In this document: piece after piece, positions 29,321-43,084 of the stretch | Layout: every line of letters begins with the position of its first letter | How positions within the stretch are numbered: the stretch's first letter is position 1 | From: Flaccisagitta enflata | Taxonomy: Eukaryota | Length of the DNA: 64,000 bases | Reading direction: 5' to 3' | NCBI GenBank assembly: GCA_965153355.1 | Contig: OZ231126.1 | Location: 12,276,001-12,340,000 of the forward strand | Position numbers and translations under genes: made by a program | Notes under the pieces: generated by a model | The model's database searches: none | What the model saw: the letters and a program-made list of their open reading frames with translations, nothing else | What the model was told of the DNA's origin: nothing

Positions 29321-29899
29321 TATATATTGTTTTCATGCCGATATGATTTCTGTATGATTCAGTCTTTTCAGTGATAACGTACATATTTACATTTACAGTG
29401 CTTTTGCATGAACATTAGTGATTAGGAGGATCTGTTCATTAGAAAGTTTAAGACTATGACTTATAGACAAGCACGATTTACATTAAAGAGTAGTCTTTAT
29501 TCATTTTTTTCCATCGCCATCCAGTTCTCATTCGTTTGAATTTATGATATTTCCATCTTATTTACGGCCTAGGCGCTTTCAAACATAAAATTGCCCTTTT
29601 AGCTGGCTTGAATTCTCTACATTCTGTCCTTTTTAATGACTCCCGATTTATTGCCCGTTTCACACATTAGCCATATTTTACATGATTACAAAGAATCAAG
29701 ATTGTCGGAATTTCTGCTAATTAGCCGCTCATTTATGTGGATGATGAAATTTTCTCAAAGCATGTATGAGTTAATCAGTAAAGCCATCTTCATCAGTTCG
29801 TTATAATTAGCTGACACTTTTCTAAGCTTGTGAACTTATGAAGTGAGTACGACTTTTACTTGACAAAGTATATGTGTAAATTTGTTTCGGGCGTATGAC

Positions 29900-30060
29900 C
29901 GCAGATTATTGTGGGTCCTAAGTTTGAACACTAATTTGTGTGGGTCATGTGACCGTGAATTTGTATTGGTCATATAGCTACAAATAAGTTTGGATCATGT
30001 GATCACGAATTAGTGTGGGTCATATGATCACGAATTAGTGTGGGTCATATGACCACGAAT
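29900..30060. repeat. Degenerate ~25-bp minisatellite (GAATTAGTGTGGGTCATATGATCAC)
   Basis: Two near-exact copies plus several decayed ones. Confidence 0.7.
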
Positions 30061-30714
30061 TTTTGTAGATTAAAAAAAAAACGCTGAAAACGTCTAGAAA
30101 GAATCATAAATTCAAAAGCGATGGAGATGAGTTAATCCTGTATTTCGTATTCTCTTTCTCTCTCTCTTCTTTATTTCCTGTTCCCCCTTCTTATCTCTCA
30201 TTCTCTCGTGTTGTGTGCCGAGTCTGAAGAGATGAATTATGATATGATTTATGGTTATTTCACTCTCGTTCTCACCGCCTTTTTTGAGTGATTGTTTGTC
30301 GCTGTTTGTGTTATTTGTGAGTGTGTGGCCGCTGCATTAACATTCATGTGTGGGGGAGAGGGTTTTGGGGTGTCATGATCAGGTCGACTGACGCAATGCC
30401 GCATGCGTACATGCGTTAGGGTGGGGTATTAGGCTGCTAAAAGATAGGACTCGGGGCTTGATGTTCAGAGGTTGTTGTTGGATGGTGTGAAAGGCCTTAA
30501 AGGAGTAACCTTGGACCCGTGCCGTGGGGGCTCCTAACTGTAGTTTTTTTTTCTGTTTCTTTAATTGTATCTTTGTTTTTTCGTTTCATTTTCTACCATT
30601 TGTTTCTCTACTTCTGTGTCTGTTCGTCTGACGCTCTTTCTCTGCTGCTGTAGTCACTTAGTTTTAGATCATGTCTCCTAATGAATTCTCTCTTCAGATC
30701 ATATGTCTTCAAAT

Positions 30715-30788
<74 letters not shown>

Positions 30789-31818
30789 GCCACTCGTATT
30801 AGTTTTGACAAGCAGAGAGATGTCTATCTAGCCACTTTTGGACTCATCCGCTTTTTAAGGCAGACACGACGTTTAAGACCGCCTGATTAACTCTCTCCCT
30901 TTCTATCGGACACACAAAAAAAAAGAATCATTTTCCAATTTTGTTTGTCGCCGATGTAATGAGTCGAAAGAACTTAAACACAAGAAACTCTTGCGTCCTC
31001 TCTCATTCTTGAGCTAATTTCGAATAGCTATAGAAATGCATGTAACCAGTCGTAAGTCTGGACTTCAGACCAGGGATCGCTTTGGTTCTTAAGATTGTTC
31101 CCATGATCAGGTATTCTTCTTCTGATCTTTGTCTGTGCATACGCCTTTCCTCTTCCTAGTTCAAAAGAAACAAGGGATTTTGCAACGCTTTGAGGGCTTC
31201 TGATGACAGGTGAGAACGCAACGTGGGAAACATGCATAAATGAAAAATGCCATGTCGTTGGCTGTCGGTCTTAGTTATCTCCGGCCTCATCAGGTCTTGA
31301 CCTGTTGTAGTTATACTTATTGCGATGCTTCATCGCTTCTCGTTCCACGTGAATTGCGTCTTCGTTTATCTTGGCACTGTTGAGATTGTTGACAGTGTCA
31401 AAGGCGCCGGGTGCTTGGGAAGCGGTCATGGAACAGGCCCTTGGTGCCGGGTGCTTGGGATGCGGTCTCGAAGTAAGACCATAGCGACGTGATTGGAATG
31501 TCGACTTACAGTCTGTGGCGCCACATGGTTGGGCTGCTAGCTTTAAGTCTTTGGCGCCAAGTGATTGGGCCGCTGACTTGCGGTCGTCGAGAAAGTGTGT
31601 CTTCGTCTGCCAACGACGCTTTAGGCCAAACACTGCGCCTTTCTCAATGTCTCTTAGAAGTTGAATGTCTCCTCAATTGTCTCTTCCATTGTCTCTTTTC
31701 AGTGTCCCGCGATCTCGTGACATTGGTCCGGTGGCTCATTAAATTTCAGGTTCGCTTGTTTAAATCCCCTTTAATTATTTCCGGAATTTAGCCTTTAGAG
31801 TTTTCTTCCATTACTTTT

Positions 31819-31870
<52 letters not shown>

Positions 31871-32649
31871 TCTTCTTCTTCTTCTTCTTCTTCTTCTTCT
31901 TCTTCTTCTTCTTCTTCTTCTCCTTTACAGCCTGTAACAGTTAAGTAAAATTGACGCTTGAGGCGAACTCTGTTGGCTGTCTTTGCCCCTTGAATTCGCC
32001 ACTTGCCAAATTGGGATCTATCTAAACCATCAGGTACATATTAACAAGGCCAAGTAGGCCAACGATGCGTCCTCTTCTTTGTTTATATGTTCTTTTTTGA
32101 TACGGTCATACTTTGAATTGTCTTTTATGATAGTTTCACATTTAGGGTCTTATTGTATGAGGTGCCATTTCATATGATTTTACTTGTTAACGATTTATGT
32201 GACCTTACTTTATATATCTTCCTTTATATGGTTTTACTTGATGGTTCTACTTTAATCTCCTTAAAAGTGGCTTCTTTGATATAGTCTGATTTTATGCCAT
32301 CATGCTCTGCTTTATTGATCCAGTTTATGAACCTGTATGAGATAGTGACGTTTGCATAAAGCAGTAAAAACATCTTTTATTATAAATAATCTTACTACAG
32401 AAAATGACAAAAAAAATTTATTAAGATCTAGAAATGTTTGCTTTTATAGGGCTACAAATTGTGCACCATAATCTTAAAATGAGAGGTTTGAAAGTCATAG
32501 CTGACATGAAAGATAATCATTAGATCAATGAGATAAAGTTCATGAATTTTAATAAATTGAAAAAATGAAATCTGGTGGTGGGTGGGATGGGGGCTGGCAC
32601 TGATACAAAATAGGAATCTAATATGTACAAATATGGTAATGGGGTTACT

Positions 32650-35600
32650 CTAGAGATGCGAGGACGGACGGACATGCCCTCTTATAGAGATGCGAGGACG
32701 CATCTAAAAATGATATGGTGTGGTTTGCTTGTGATTTATATGTGATATGGCATGGATATAGTGGATTATGATGAATGTGTAACCGACCGACCAACCGACC
32801 GACGGACGGACATGCCCTCTTATAGAGATGCGAGGACGCATCTAAAAATGATATGGTGTGGTTTGCTTGTGATTTATATGTGATATGGCATGGATATAGT
32901 GGATTATGATGAATGTGTAACCGACCGACCAACCGACCGACGGACGGACATGCCCTCTTATAGAGATGCGAGGACGCATCTAAAAATGATATGGTGTGGT
33001 TTGCTTGTGATTTATATGTGATATGGCATGGATATAGTGGATTATGATGAATGTGTAACCGACCGACCAACCGACCGACGGACGGACATGCCCTCTTATA
33101 GAGATGCGAGGACGCATCTAAAAATGATATGGTGTGGTTTGCTTGTGATTTATATGTGATATGGCATGGATATAGTGGATTATGATGAATGTGTAACCGA
33201 CCGACCAACCGACCGACGGACGGACATGCCCTCTTATAGAGATGCGAGGACGCATCTAAAAATGATATGGTGTGGTTTGCTTGTGATTTATATGTGATAT
33301 GGCATGGATATAGTGGATTATGATGAATGTGTAACCGACCGACCAACCGACCGACGGACGGACATGCCCTCTTATAGAGATGCGAGGACGCATCTAAAAA
33401 TGATATGGTGTGGTTTGCTTGTGATTTATATGTGATATGGCATGGATATAGTGGATTATGATGAATGTGTAACCGACCGACCAACCGACCGACGGACGGA
33501 CATGCCCTCTTATAGAGATGCGAGGACGCATCTAAAAATGATATGGTGTGGTTTGCTTGTGATTTATATGTGATATGGCATGGATATAGTGGATTATGAT
33601 GAATGTGTAACCGACGGACCACCGACCGACCGACCAACCGACGGACGGACATGCCCTCTTATAGAGATGCGAGGACGCATCTAATAATGATATGGTGTGG
33701 TTTGCTTGTGATTTATATGTGATATGGCATGGATATAGTGGATTATGATGAATGTGTAACCGACCGACAACCGACCGACGGGGGACACTGCCTCTTATAG
33801 AGATGCGAGGACGCATCTAAAAATGATATGGTGTGGTTTGCTTGTGATTTATATGTGATATGGCATGGATATAGTGGATTATGAGAATGTGTAACCGACT
33901 GACCAACCGGGACGGATGGACGGATATGCCCCTTCTAGAGATGCGATGACGATCTAAAAATGATATGGTGTGGTTTGCTTGTGATTTATATGTGATATGG
34001 CATAGATATAGTGGATTATGATGAATGTGTAACCACAGACCGACCGACGGACGGACATGCCCTCTTATAGAGATGCGAGGACGCATCTAAAAATGATATG
34101 GTGTGGTTTGCTTGTGATTTATATGTGATATGGCATGGATATAGTGGATTATGATGAATGTAACCGACCACCAACCGACACCGACGGACGGACATGCCTT
34201 CTTATAGAGATGCGAGGACGCATCTAAAAATGATATGGTGTGGTTTGCTTTGTGATTTATATGTGATATGGCATGGATATAGTATTATGATGAATGTGTA
34301 ACCGACCACCAACCGACCGACCAACCGACCGACGGACGGACACGCCTCTCTTATAGAGATGCGAGACGCATCTAAAAATGATATGGTGGTTTGCTTGTGA
34401 TTTATATGTGATATGGCATGGATATAGTGGATTATGATGAATGTGTAACCGACCACCCGACCGACGGACGGACATGCTCCTCTTATAGAGATGCGAGGAC
34501 GCATCTAAAAATGATATGTGGTGGTTTGCTTGTGATTGATGTGGCATAGATATAGTGGATTATGATGAATGTGTAACCAACCGACCAATGGACGGATGTA
34601 ATATGTAGAAATATGGTAATGGGGTTACTCCAGAGATGCGAGGACGCAACTAAAAATGATATGGTGTGGTTTGCTTGTGATTTATATGTGATATGGCATG
34701 GATATAGTGGATTATGATGAATGTGTAACCGACCGACTCACCATCCCGGACTGACGGATCTGACATGCTCCTTCTTATAGAGATGCGAGGACGCATCTAA
34801 AAATGATATGGTGTGGTTTGTTTGTAGATTTACCAGTGTGAATGGAGTTCAGACGTGTGCTCTTCCGATGTGATATAGTGGATTATGATGAATGTGTAAC
34901 CGACCGACCAACCGACTCCCACGGACGGACATGCTCCTCTTCTTATAGAGATGCGAGACATCTAAAAATGATATGGTGTGGTTTGCTTGTGATTTATATG
35001 TGATATGGCATGGATATAGTGGATTATGATGAATGTGTAACCGACCGACCAACCGACCGACGGACGGACATGCCCTCTTATAGAGATGCGAGGACGCATC
35101 TAAAAATGATATGGTGTGGTTTGCTTGTGATTTATATGTGATATGGCATGGATATAGTGGATTATGATGAATGTGTAACCGACCGACCAACCGACCGACG
35201 GACGGACATGCCCTCTTATAGAGATGCGAGGACGCATCTAAAAATGATATGGTGTGGTTTGCTTGTGATTTATATGTGATATGGCATGGATATAGTGGAT
35301 TATGATGAATGTGTAACCGACCGACCAACCGACCGACGGACGGACATGCCCTCTTATAGAGATGCGAGGACGCATCTAAAAATGATATGGTGTGGTTTGC
35401 TTGTGATTTATATGTGATATGGCATGGATATAGTGGATTATGATGAATGTGTAACCGACCAACAACCGACCGACGGACGGATACATGTCTCTTTCTTATA
35501 GAGATGCGAGGACGCATCTAAAAATGATATGGTGTGGTTTGCTTGTGATTTATATGTGATATGGCATGGATATAGTGGATTATGATGAATGTGTAACCGA

Positions 35601-38600
35601 CCGACCAACCAACCGACGGACGGACATGCCCTCTTATAGAGATGCGAGGACGCATCTAAAAATGATATGGTGTGGTTTGCTTGTGATTTATATGTGATAT
35701 GGCATGGATATGGATTATGATGAATGTGTAACCGACCGACTAACCGACCGGGACAGACGGACATGCTCCTTCTATAGAGAGCGAGGACGCATCTAAAAAT
35801 GATATGGTGTATTTGGCTTGTGATTTATATGTGATATGGCATGGATATAGTGGATTATGATGAATGTAACCGATCGACCAACCGACCACTTGACGGACAT
35901 GTTCTTTCTATAGAGATGCGAGGACGATATCTAAAATGATATGGTGTGGTTTGCTTGTGATTTATATGTGATATGGCATGGATATAGGATTATGATGCAC
36001 GTGTAACCGACCACCAACCGACCGACGGACGGACAGCCTTTATAGAGATGCGAGGACGCATCTAAAAATGATATGGTGTGGTTTGTTTGTGATTTATATG
36101 TGATATGGCATGGATATAGTGGATTATGATGAATGTGTAACTAACCGACCAACGGACCGACGTTTTTGACGGACATGTTCTTTCTTATAGAGATGAGACG
36201 CATCTAAAATGATATGGGTGTGGTTTGCTTGTGATTTATATGTGATAGTGGCATGTGATAGAGGATTATGATGAATGTGTAACCGACCGACCAACCGACC
36301 GACGGACGGAAGTGTTCTTTTTATAGAGATGCGAGGACGCATCTAAAAATGATATGGTGTGGTTTGTTTGTGATTTATATGTGATATGGCATGGATATAG
36401 TGGATTATGATGAATGTGTAACCTAACCAACCAACGGACGGACATGCCCTCTTATAGAGATGCGAGGACGCATCTAAAAATGATATGGTGTGGTTTTGCT
36501 TGTGATTATATATGTATATGGCATGATAGTGGGATTATGATGAATGTGTAACCGACCGACCAACCGACCGACGTACGGACATGCCTCTTTTTATAGAGAT
36601 GCGAGGACGCATCTAAAAATGATATGGTGTGGTTTGCTTGTGATTTATATGTGATATGGCATGGATATAGTGGATTATGATGAATGTGTAACCGACCGAC
36701 CAACCGACCGACGGACGGACATGCCCTCTTATAGAGATGCGAGGACGCATCTAAAAATGATATGGTGTGGTTTGCTTGTGATTTATATGTGATATGGCAT
36801 GGATATAGTGGATTATGAAGAATGTGTAACCGACCGACCAACCGACCGACCAACCGACCGACGGACGGACATGCCCTCTTATAGAGATGCGAGGACGCAT
36901 CTAAAAATGATATGGTGTGGTTTGCTTGTGATTTATATGTGATATGGCATGGATATAGTGGATTATGATGAATGTGTAACCGACCGACCAACCGACCGAC
37001 GGACGGACATGCCCTCTTATAGAGATGCGAGGACGCATCTAAAAATGATATGGTGTGGTTTGCTTGTGATTTATATGTGATATGGCATGGATATAGTGGA
37101 TTATGATGAATGTGTAACCGACCGACCAACCGACCGACGGACGGACATGCCCTCTTATAGAGATGCGAGGACGCATCTAAAAATGATATGGTGTGGTTTG
37201 CTTGAGATTTATATGTGATATGGCATGGATATAGTGGATTATGATGAATGACCAACCGACCGATGTAATATGTAGAAATATGGTAATGGGGTTACTCCAG
37301 AGATGCGAGGACGCATCAAAAATGATATGGTGTGGTTTGCTTGTGATTTATATGTGATATGGCATGGATATAGTGGATTATGATGAATGTGTAACCGACC
37401 GACCAACCGACCGACGGACGGACATGCCCTCTTATAGAGATGCGAGGACGCATCTAAAAAAAATGATATGGTGTGGTTTGCCAGGATTATATGTGATATG
37501 GCATGGATATAGTGGATTATGATGAATGTAACTGAACCAACAGACCGACCGACGGACGAACATGCCCTCTTATAGAGATGCAAGGACGCATCTAAAAATG
37601 ATATGGTGTGGTTTGCTTGTGATTTATATGTGATATGGCATGGATATAGTGGATTATGATGAATGTGGGCAATCGACTCCACTGCAACCGACCGACTTGA
37701 CGGATATGCTCCTTCTTATAGAGATGAGACGCATCTAAAAATGATATGGTGTGGTTGGTTTGTGATTTATATATGTGATATGGCATGGATATAGTGGATT
37801 ATGATGTGTAATGTGTAACCGACCGACCAACCGACCGAGGACGGACATGCCCTTCATAGAGATGCGAGGACGCATCTAAAAATGATATGGTGTGGTTTGC
37901 TTGTGATTTATATGTGATAGTGCATGGATATAGTGATTATGACAATGTAAATCGACCGACCAACCGACCGATGTAATATGTAGAAATATGGTAATGGTCT
38001 TATAGAGATGCGAGGACGCATCTAAAAATGATATGGTGTGGTTTGCTTGTGATTTATATGTGATATGGCATGGATATAGTGGATTATGATGAATGTGTAA
38101 CCGACCGACCAACCGACCGACGGACGGACATGCCCTCTTATAGAGATGCGAGGACGCATCTAAAAATGATATGGTGTGGTTTGCTTGTGATTTATATGTG
38201 ATATGGCATGGATATAGTGGATTATGATGAATGTGTAACCGACCGACCAACCGACCGACGGACGGACATGCCCTCTTATAGAGATGCGAGGACGCATCTA
38301 AAAATGATATGGTGTGGTTTGCTTGTGATTTATATGTGATATGGCATGGATATAGTGGATTATGATGAATGTGCAACCGACCGACCAACCGACCGACTGA
38401 CGGACATGCCCTTCTTATAGAGTATTTATGACTCGCATCTAAAATGATATGGTGTGGTTTGCTTGTGATTATTATGTGATATGGCATGGATATAGTGGAT
38501 TATGGCTGAATGTAACCGACCGACTAACCGATCGACGGACGGGACATGTTTCTTTCTTATAGAGATGCGAGGACGCATCTAAAATGATTATGGTGTGGTT

Positions 38601-41569
38601 TGTTTGTGATTTATATGTGATATGGCATGGATATAGTGGATTATGATGAATGTGTAACCGACCGACCAACCGACCGACTAACCGACCGACTGACGGACAT
38701 GCCCTCTTCAAAGAGATGCGAGGACGCATCTAAAATGATAAGGGGTGGTCAGTGAGTGATTTGAGATGGATAAAGTGTTTTTTTTTGGAAAGTGGGTAAT
38801 GGACACACGGACGGACATATGGACGGACACAACCGACCAACCGACGGACGGACATGCCTTTCTTATAGAGATGCGAGGACGTATTCCAAAAATATGGTGT
38901 GGTTTGCTTGTGATTTATATGTGATATGGCATGGATATAGTGGATTATGATGAATGTGTAACCGACCGACCAACCGACCGACGGACGGACATGCCCTCTT
39001 ATAGAGATGCGAGGACGCATCTAAAAATGATATGGTGTGGTTTGCTTGTGATTTATATGTGATATGGCATGGATATAGTGGATTATGATGAATGGGTAAC
39101 TGTTCCACTAACCTAATTTGACGGACGGATATGCCCTTTTCTATAGAGATGCGAGGACGCATCTAAAAATGATATGGTGTGGTTTGCTTGTGATTTATAT
39201 GTGATATGGCATGGATATAGTGGATTATGATGAATGTGTAACCGACCGACCAACCGACCGACGGACGGACATGCCCTCTTATAGAGATGCGAGGACGCAT
39301 CTAAAAATGATATGGTGTGGTTTGCTTGTGATTTATATGTGATATGGCATGGATATAGTGGATTATGATGAATGTGTAACCGACCGACCAACCGACCGAC
39401 GGACGGACATGCCCTCTTATAGAGTTGCGAGGACGCATCTAAAAATGATATGGTGTGGTTTGCTTGTGATTTATATGTGATATGGCATGGATATAGTGGA
39501 TTATGATGAATGTGTAACCCACCGACCGAACCGATCGACGTGACGGACATGTTCTTCTTATAGAGATGCTTATGACGCATCTAAAATGATATGGGGTGGT
39601 TTGCTCGTGATTGATATGTGATATGGCAAGGATATAGTCGATTATGATTAATGTGTAACCGACCGACCAACCGACCGACGGACGGACATGTTCTTCATAG
39701 AAAGGACGCATCTAAAAATGATATGGGGTGGTTTGCTTGTGATTTATATGTGATATGGCATGGATATATTGGATTATGATGAATGTGTAACCGACCGACC
39801 AACCGACCGACGGACGGACATGTCCTCTTATAGAGATGCGAGGACGCATCTAAAAATGATATGGTGTGGTTTGCTTGTGATTTATATGTGATATGGCATG
39901 GATATAGTGGATTATGATGAATGTGTAACCAACCGACCGACCAACGGACAGACATGCCCTCTTATAGCTAGCGAGGATGCATCTAAAAATGATATGGTGT
40001 GCTTTGCTTGTGATTTATATGTGATATGGTATGGATATAGTGGATTATGATGAATCTAATCACCGACCTAACCGAACGACGGACGGACATGCCTTTCTTA
40101 TAGAGATGCGAGGACGCATCTAAAATGATATGGTGTGGTTTGCTTGTGATTTATATGTGATATGGCATAGATATAGTGGATTATGATGAATGTGTAACCG
40201 ACCGACCAACCAACCGACGGACGACGGACATGCCCTTCTTATAGATGCGAGGACGTGACTAAAAATGATATGGGGTGGTTTGCTTGTGATTTATATGTGA
40301 TATGGCATGGATATAGTGGATTATGATGAATGTGTAACCGACCGACCAACCGACCGACGGACGGATATGCCCTCTTAGAGATGCGAGGACCATCTAAAAT
40401 GATATGGTGTACTTGACAGATTTATATGTGATATGGCATGGATATAGTGGATTATGATGGATGTGTAACCGATCAATTAACCGACCGACGGACGGATATG
40501 TCTCCTCTTATAGAGATGTGTGGACGCATCTTAAAATGATATGGTGTGGTTTGCTTGTGATTTATATGTGATATGGCATGGATATAGTGGATTATGAGAT
40601 CGGAACCGACCGACCAACTGCACTGACGGACGGACATGCCCTCTCATAGAGATGCGAGGACGCATCTAAAATGATATGTGGTGGTTTGTTGTGATTTATA
40701 TGTGATATGGCATGGATATAGTGGATTATGATGAATGTAGAACCACCGACCAACCCACCGACGTGACGGACATGCTCTTTCTTCAAAGAGATGCGAGGAC
40801 GCATCTAAAATGATAAGGGGTGGTCAGTGAGTGATTTGAGATGGATAAAGTGTTTTTTTTTGGAAAGTGGGTAATGGACACACGGATTATGATGAATGTG
40901 TAACCGACCGACCAACCTACCGACCGACGGACGGACATGCTCCTTCTATAGAGACACAGGACGCATCAAAAATGATATGGTGTGGTTTGCTTGTGATTTA
41001 TATGTGATATGGCATGGATATAGTGGATTATGATGAATGTGTAACCGACCGACCGACCGACCGACCGACCAACCGACGGACGGACATGCCCTCATATAGA
41101 GATGCGAGGACGCATCTAAAAATGATATGTGGTGGTTTGCTTGTGATTCATGTGTGATATGGCATGGATATAGTGGATTATGATGAATGTGTAACCGACC
41201 GACCGACCGACCGACCGAACCGACGGACGGACATGCCCTCTTATAGAGATGCGAGGACGCATCTAAAAATGATATGGTGTGGTTTGCTTGTGATTTATAT
41301 GTGATATGGCATGGATATAGTGGATTATGATGAATGTGTAACCGACCGACCGACCGACCGACCGACCAACCGACGGACGGACATGCCCTCATATAGAGAT
41401 GCGAGGACGCATCTAAAAATGATATGTGGTGGTTTGCTTGTGATTCATGTGTGATATGGCATGGATATAGTGGATTATGATGAATGTGTAACCGACCGAC
41501 CGACCGACCGACCGACCAACCGACGGACGGACATGCCCTCATATAGAGATGCGAGGACGCATCTAAAAA
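32650..41569. repeat. Satellite array, 138-bp unit, ~64 copies by length
   Basis: TTATAGAGATGCG recurs at 32682 and 32820 (period 138). Copies are near-identical at the left and noisier in the middle. Confidence 0.97.
34838..34871 (+). other. Illumina TruSeq adapter/read-2 primer sequence (assembly contamination)
   Basis: GTGAATGGAGTTCAGACGTGTGCTCTTCCGATGT vs GTGACTGGAGTTCAGACGTGTGCTCTTCCGATCT: 32/34 identical. Confidence 0.93.
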
Positions 41570-41795
41570 TGAGCATCAGTTGGTTGCTTGGAGTTGTTTG
41601 AGTTTGGATTTGGGATCCCCTACGGTTTCGGTACCGCCCCGTTTTATCGTCCCCGGTCGGCCTCCTTCGTTGGAGGGCCCGAATCATCGACTTCGGACGT
41701 TTTCTGATTTTAAACACTTTGTTTGTAATTTTATGAGCGCATGAGCATGAGTCAAGTTCTATCGCACGCGCCACTTTTTAGCTTGCTAGTCTAAT

Positions 41796-41893
<98 letters not shown>

Positions 41894-42172
41894 CAGAGAG
41901 ACAGAGAGACAGAGAGACAGAGAGACAGAGAGACAGAGAGACAGAGAGACAGAGACAGACGAAGATAGACAGAGAGAAAACGACAGAAAGACGAACACAG
42001 AATAAGGGCTGATAGACGGAATCGTAGACATACGTATCCATAGTTGGGCTGTCGATGAAAGAGAAGAACAAGGAATTCTTTTGTCTACCATTCAAAACGG
42101 AGAAGATGTTTAACACAAAAATTGTCGAATATATCTTTTAAATATCTTTGTCTCTGAGTCAACATAAGAAGT

Positions 42173-42223
<51 letters not shown>

Positions 42224-42720
42224 CGCCATGTAATTGCAAGCACAGAAATACACGAATAAGTGAAAAAAAGCCGACGGTCAACGATACGTCCTCGACCGGT
42301 CGTCGCATGAAAAGTGGCACAATATCCATCACCCAAACTAGAATAAATGGTAGAGTGTTTTTTTACAATTGTATAGATATGATGAACATACAGACGTCAC
42401 CACTAACATTCTCGTCCTGCTTTCTTTATCGTCTTGTTTCTCTGTGGCCTCACACACACACTCACACACACACACTCACACACAGACAATAACAATTGCA
42501 GCGTCAAAAGGCGAGTCCTCCCACTTTTTAACTCAATCACCATAGGCAGACCAACGGACAACCGACGGACGGTCCAACGGACGGACAAAGCCTCTTATAT
42601 GTTTGCATGTCCGCAACTCATTTGCGAAGCCTCTTTCCCCAGTATTACTCACAACTCAGCGTCGATGTATTTTCTCCATAAGTCTGCGTAACAAGGTGTT
42701 TTAACCTGTGGCGAGCCTTC

Positions 42721-42792
<72 letters not shown>

Positions 42793-42872
42793 TTTTCTTT
42801 TTACCAGTGCAGTGGCGAGCCTGTTCTTTCTCTCTCTCTTTGTCTCTCTCTGTCTCTCTGTCTCTCTGTCTG

Positions 42873-42956
<84 letters not shown>

Positions 42957-43084
42957 CCACTGGCGCCAACGAGTAAAGATGAGATGTTGAGATAAAAGAC
43001 TCGAAACACAGAAACTGATTTATGCCGCCGACTCTAAGTAGACTCAAAGTCGATTCGTCAAGTCTACGAATTTGCCAACTCTTT

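Larger units (their letters stand above)
32043..41569 (-). mobile_element. Giant HINE-like family A element containing the 138-bp array
   Basis: - strand 5' end TTTTTAGATGCGTCCTCGCATCTCTA at 41569; - strand 3' end AAGAGGACGCATCGTTGGCCTACTTGGCCTTGTT at 32076-32043. Both match the ends of the insertion at 59238-60184. Confidence 0.7.

Noticed and set aside
31271-31633. 120-aa - strand ORF in unique sequence
   Set aside because: GTG start, in-frame stop shortly upstream, no convincing splice sites or recognisable motif; cannot be supported, though not excluded.
32650-41569. CRISPR-like array (hairpin repeat at regular spacing)
   Set aside because: The intervening sequences are copies of each other, not unique spacers; no cas genes; eukaryotic context.
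32645-41774. - strand ORFs with a 46-aa repeat (HIHHNPLYPCHITYKS…)
   Set aside because: By-product of a 138-bp unit divisible by 3; frequent frameshifts; the unit is a transposon terminus.
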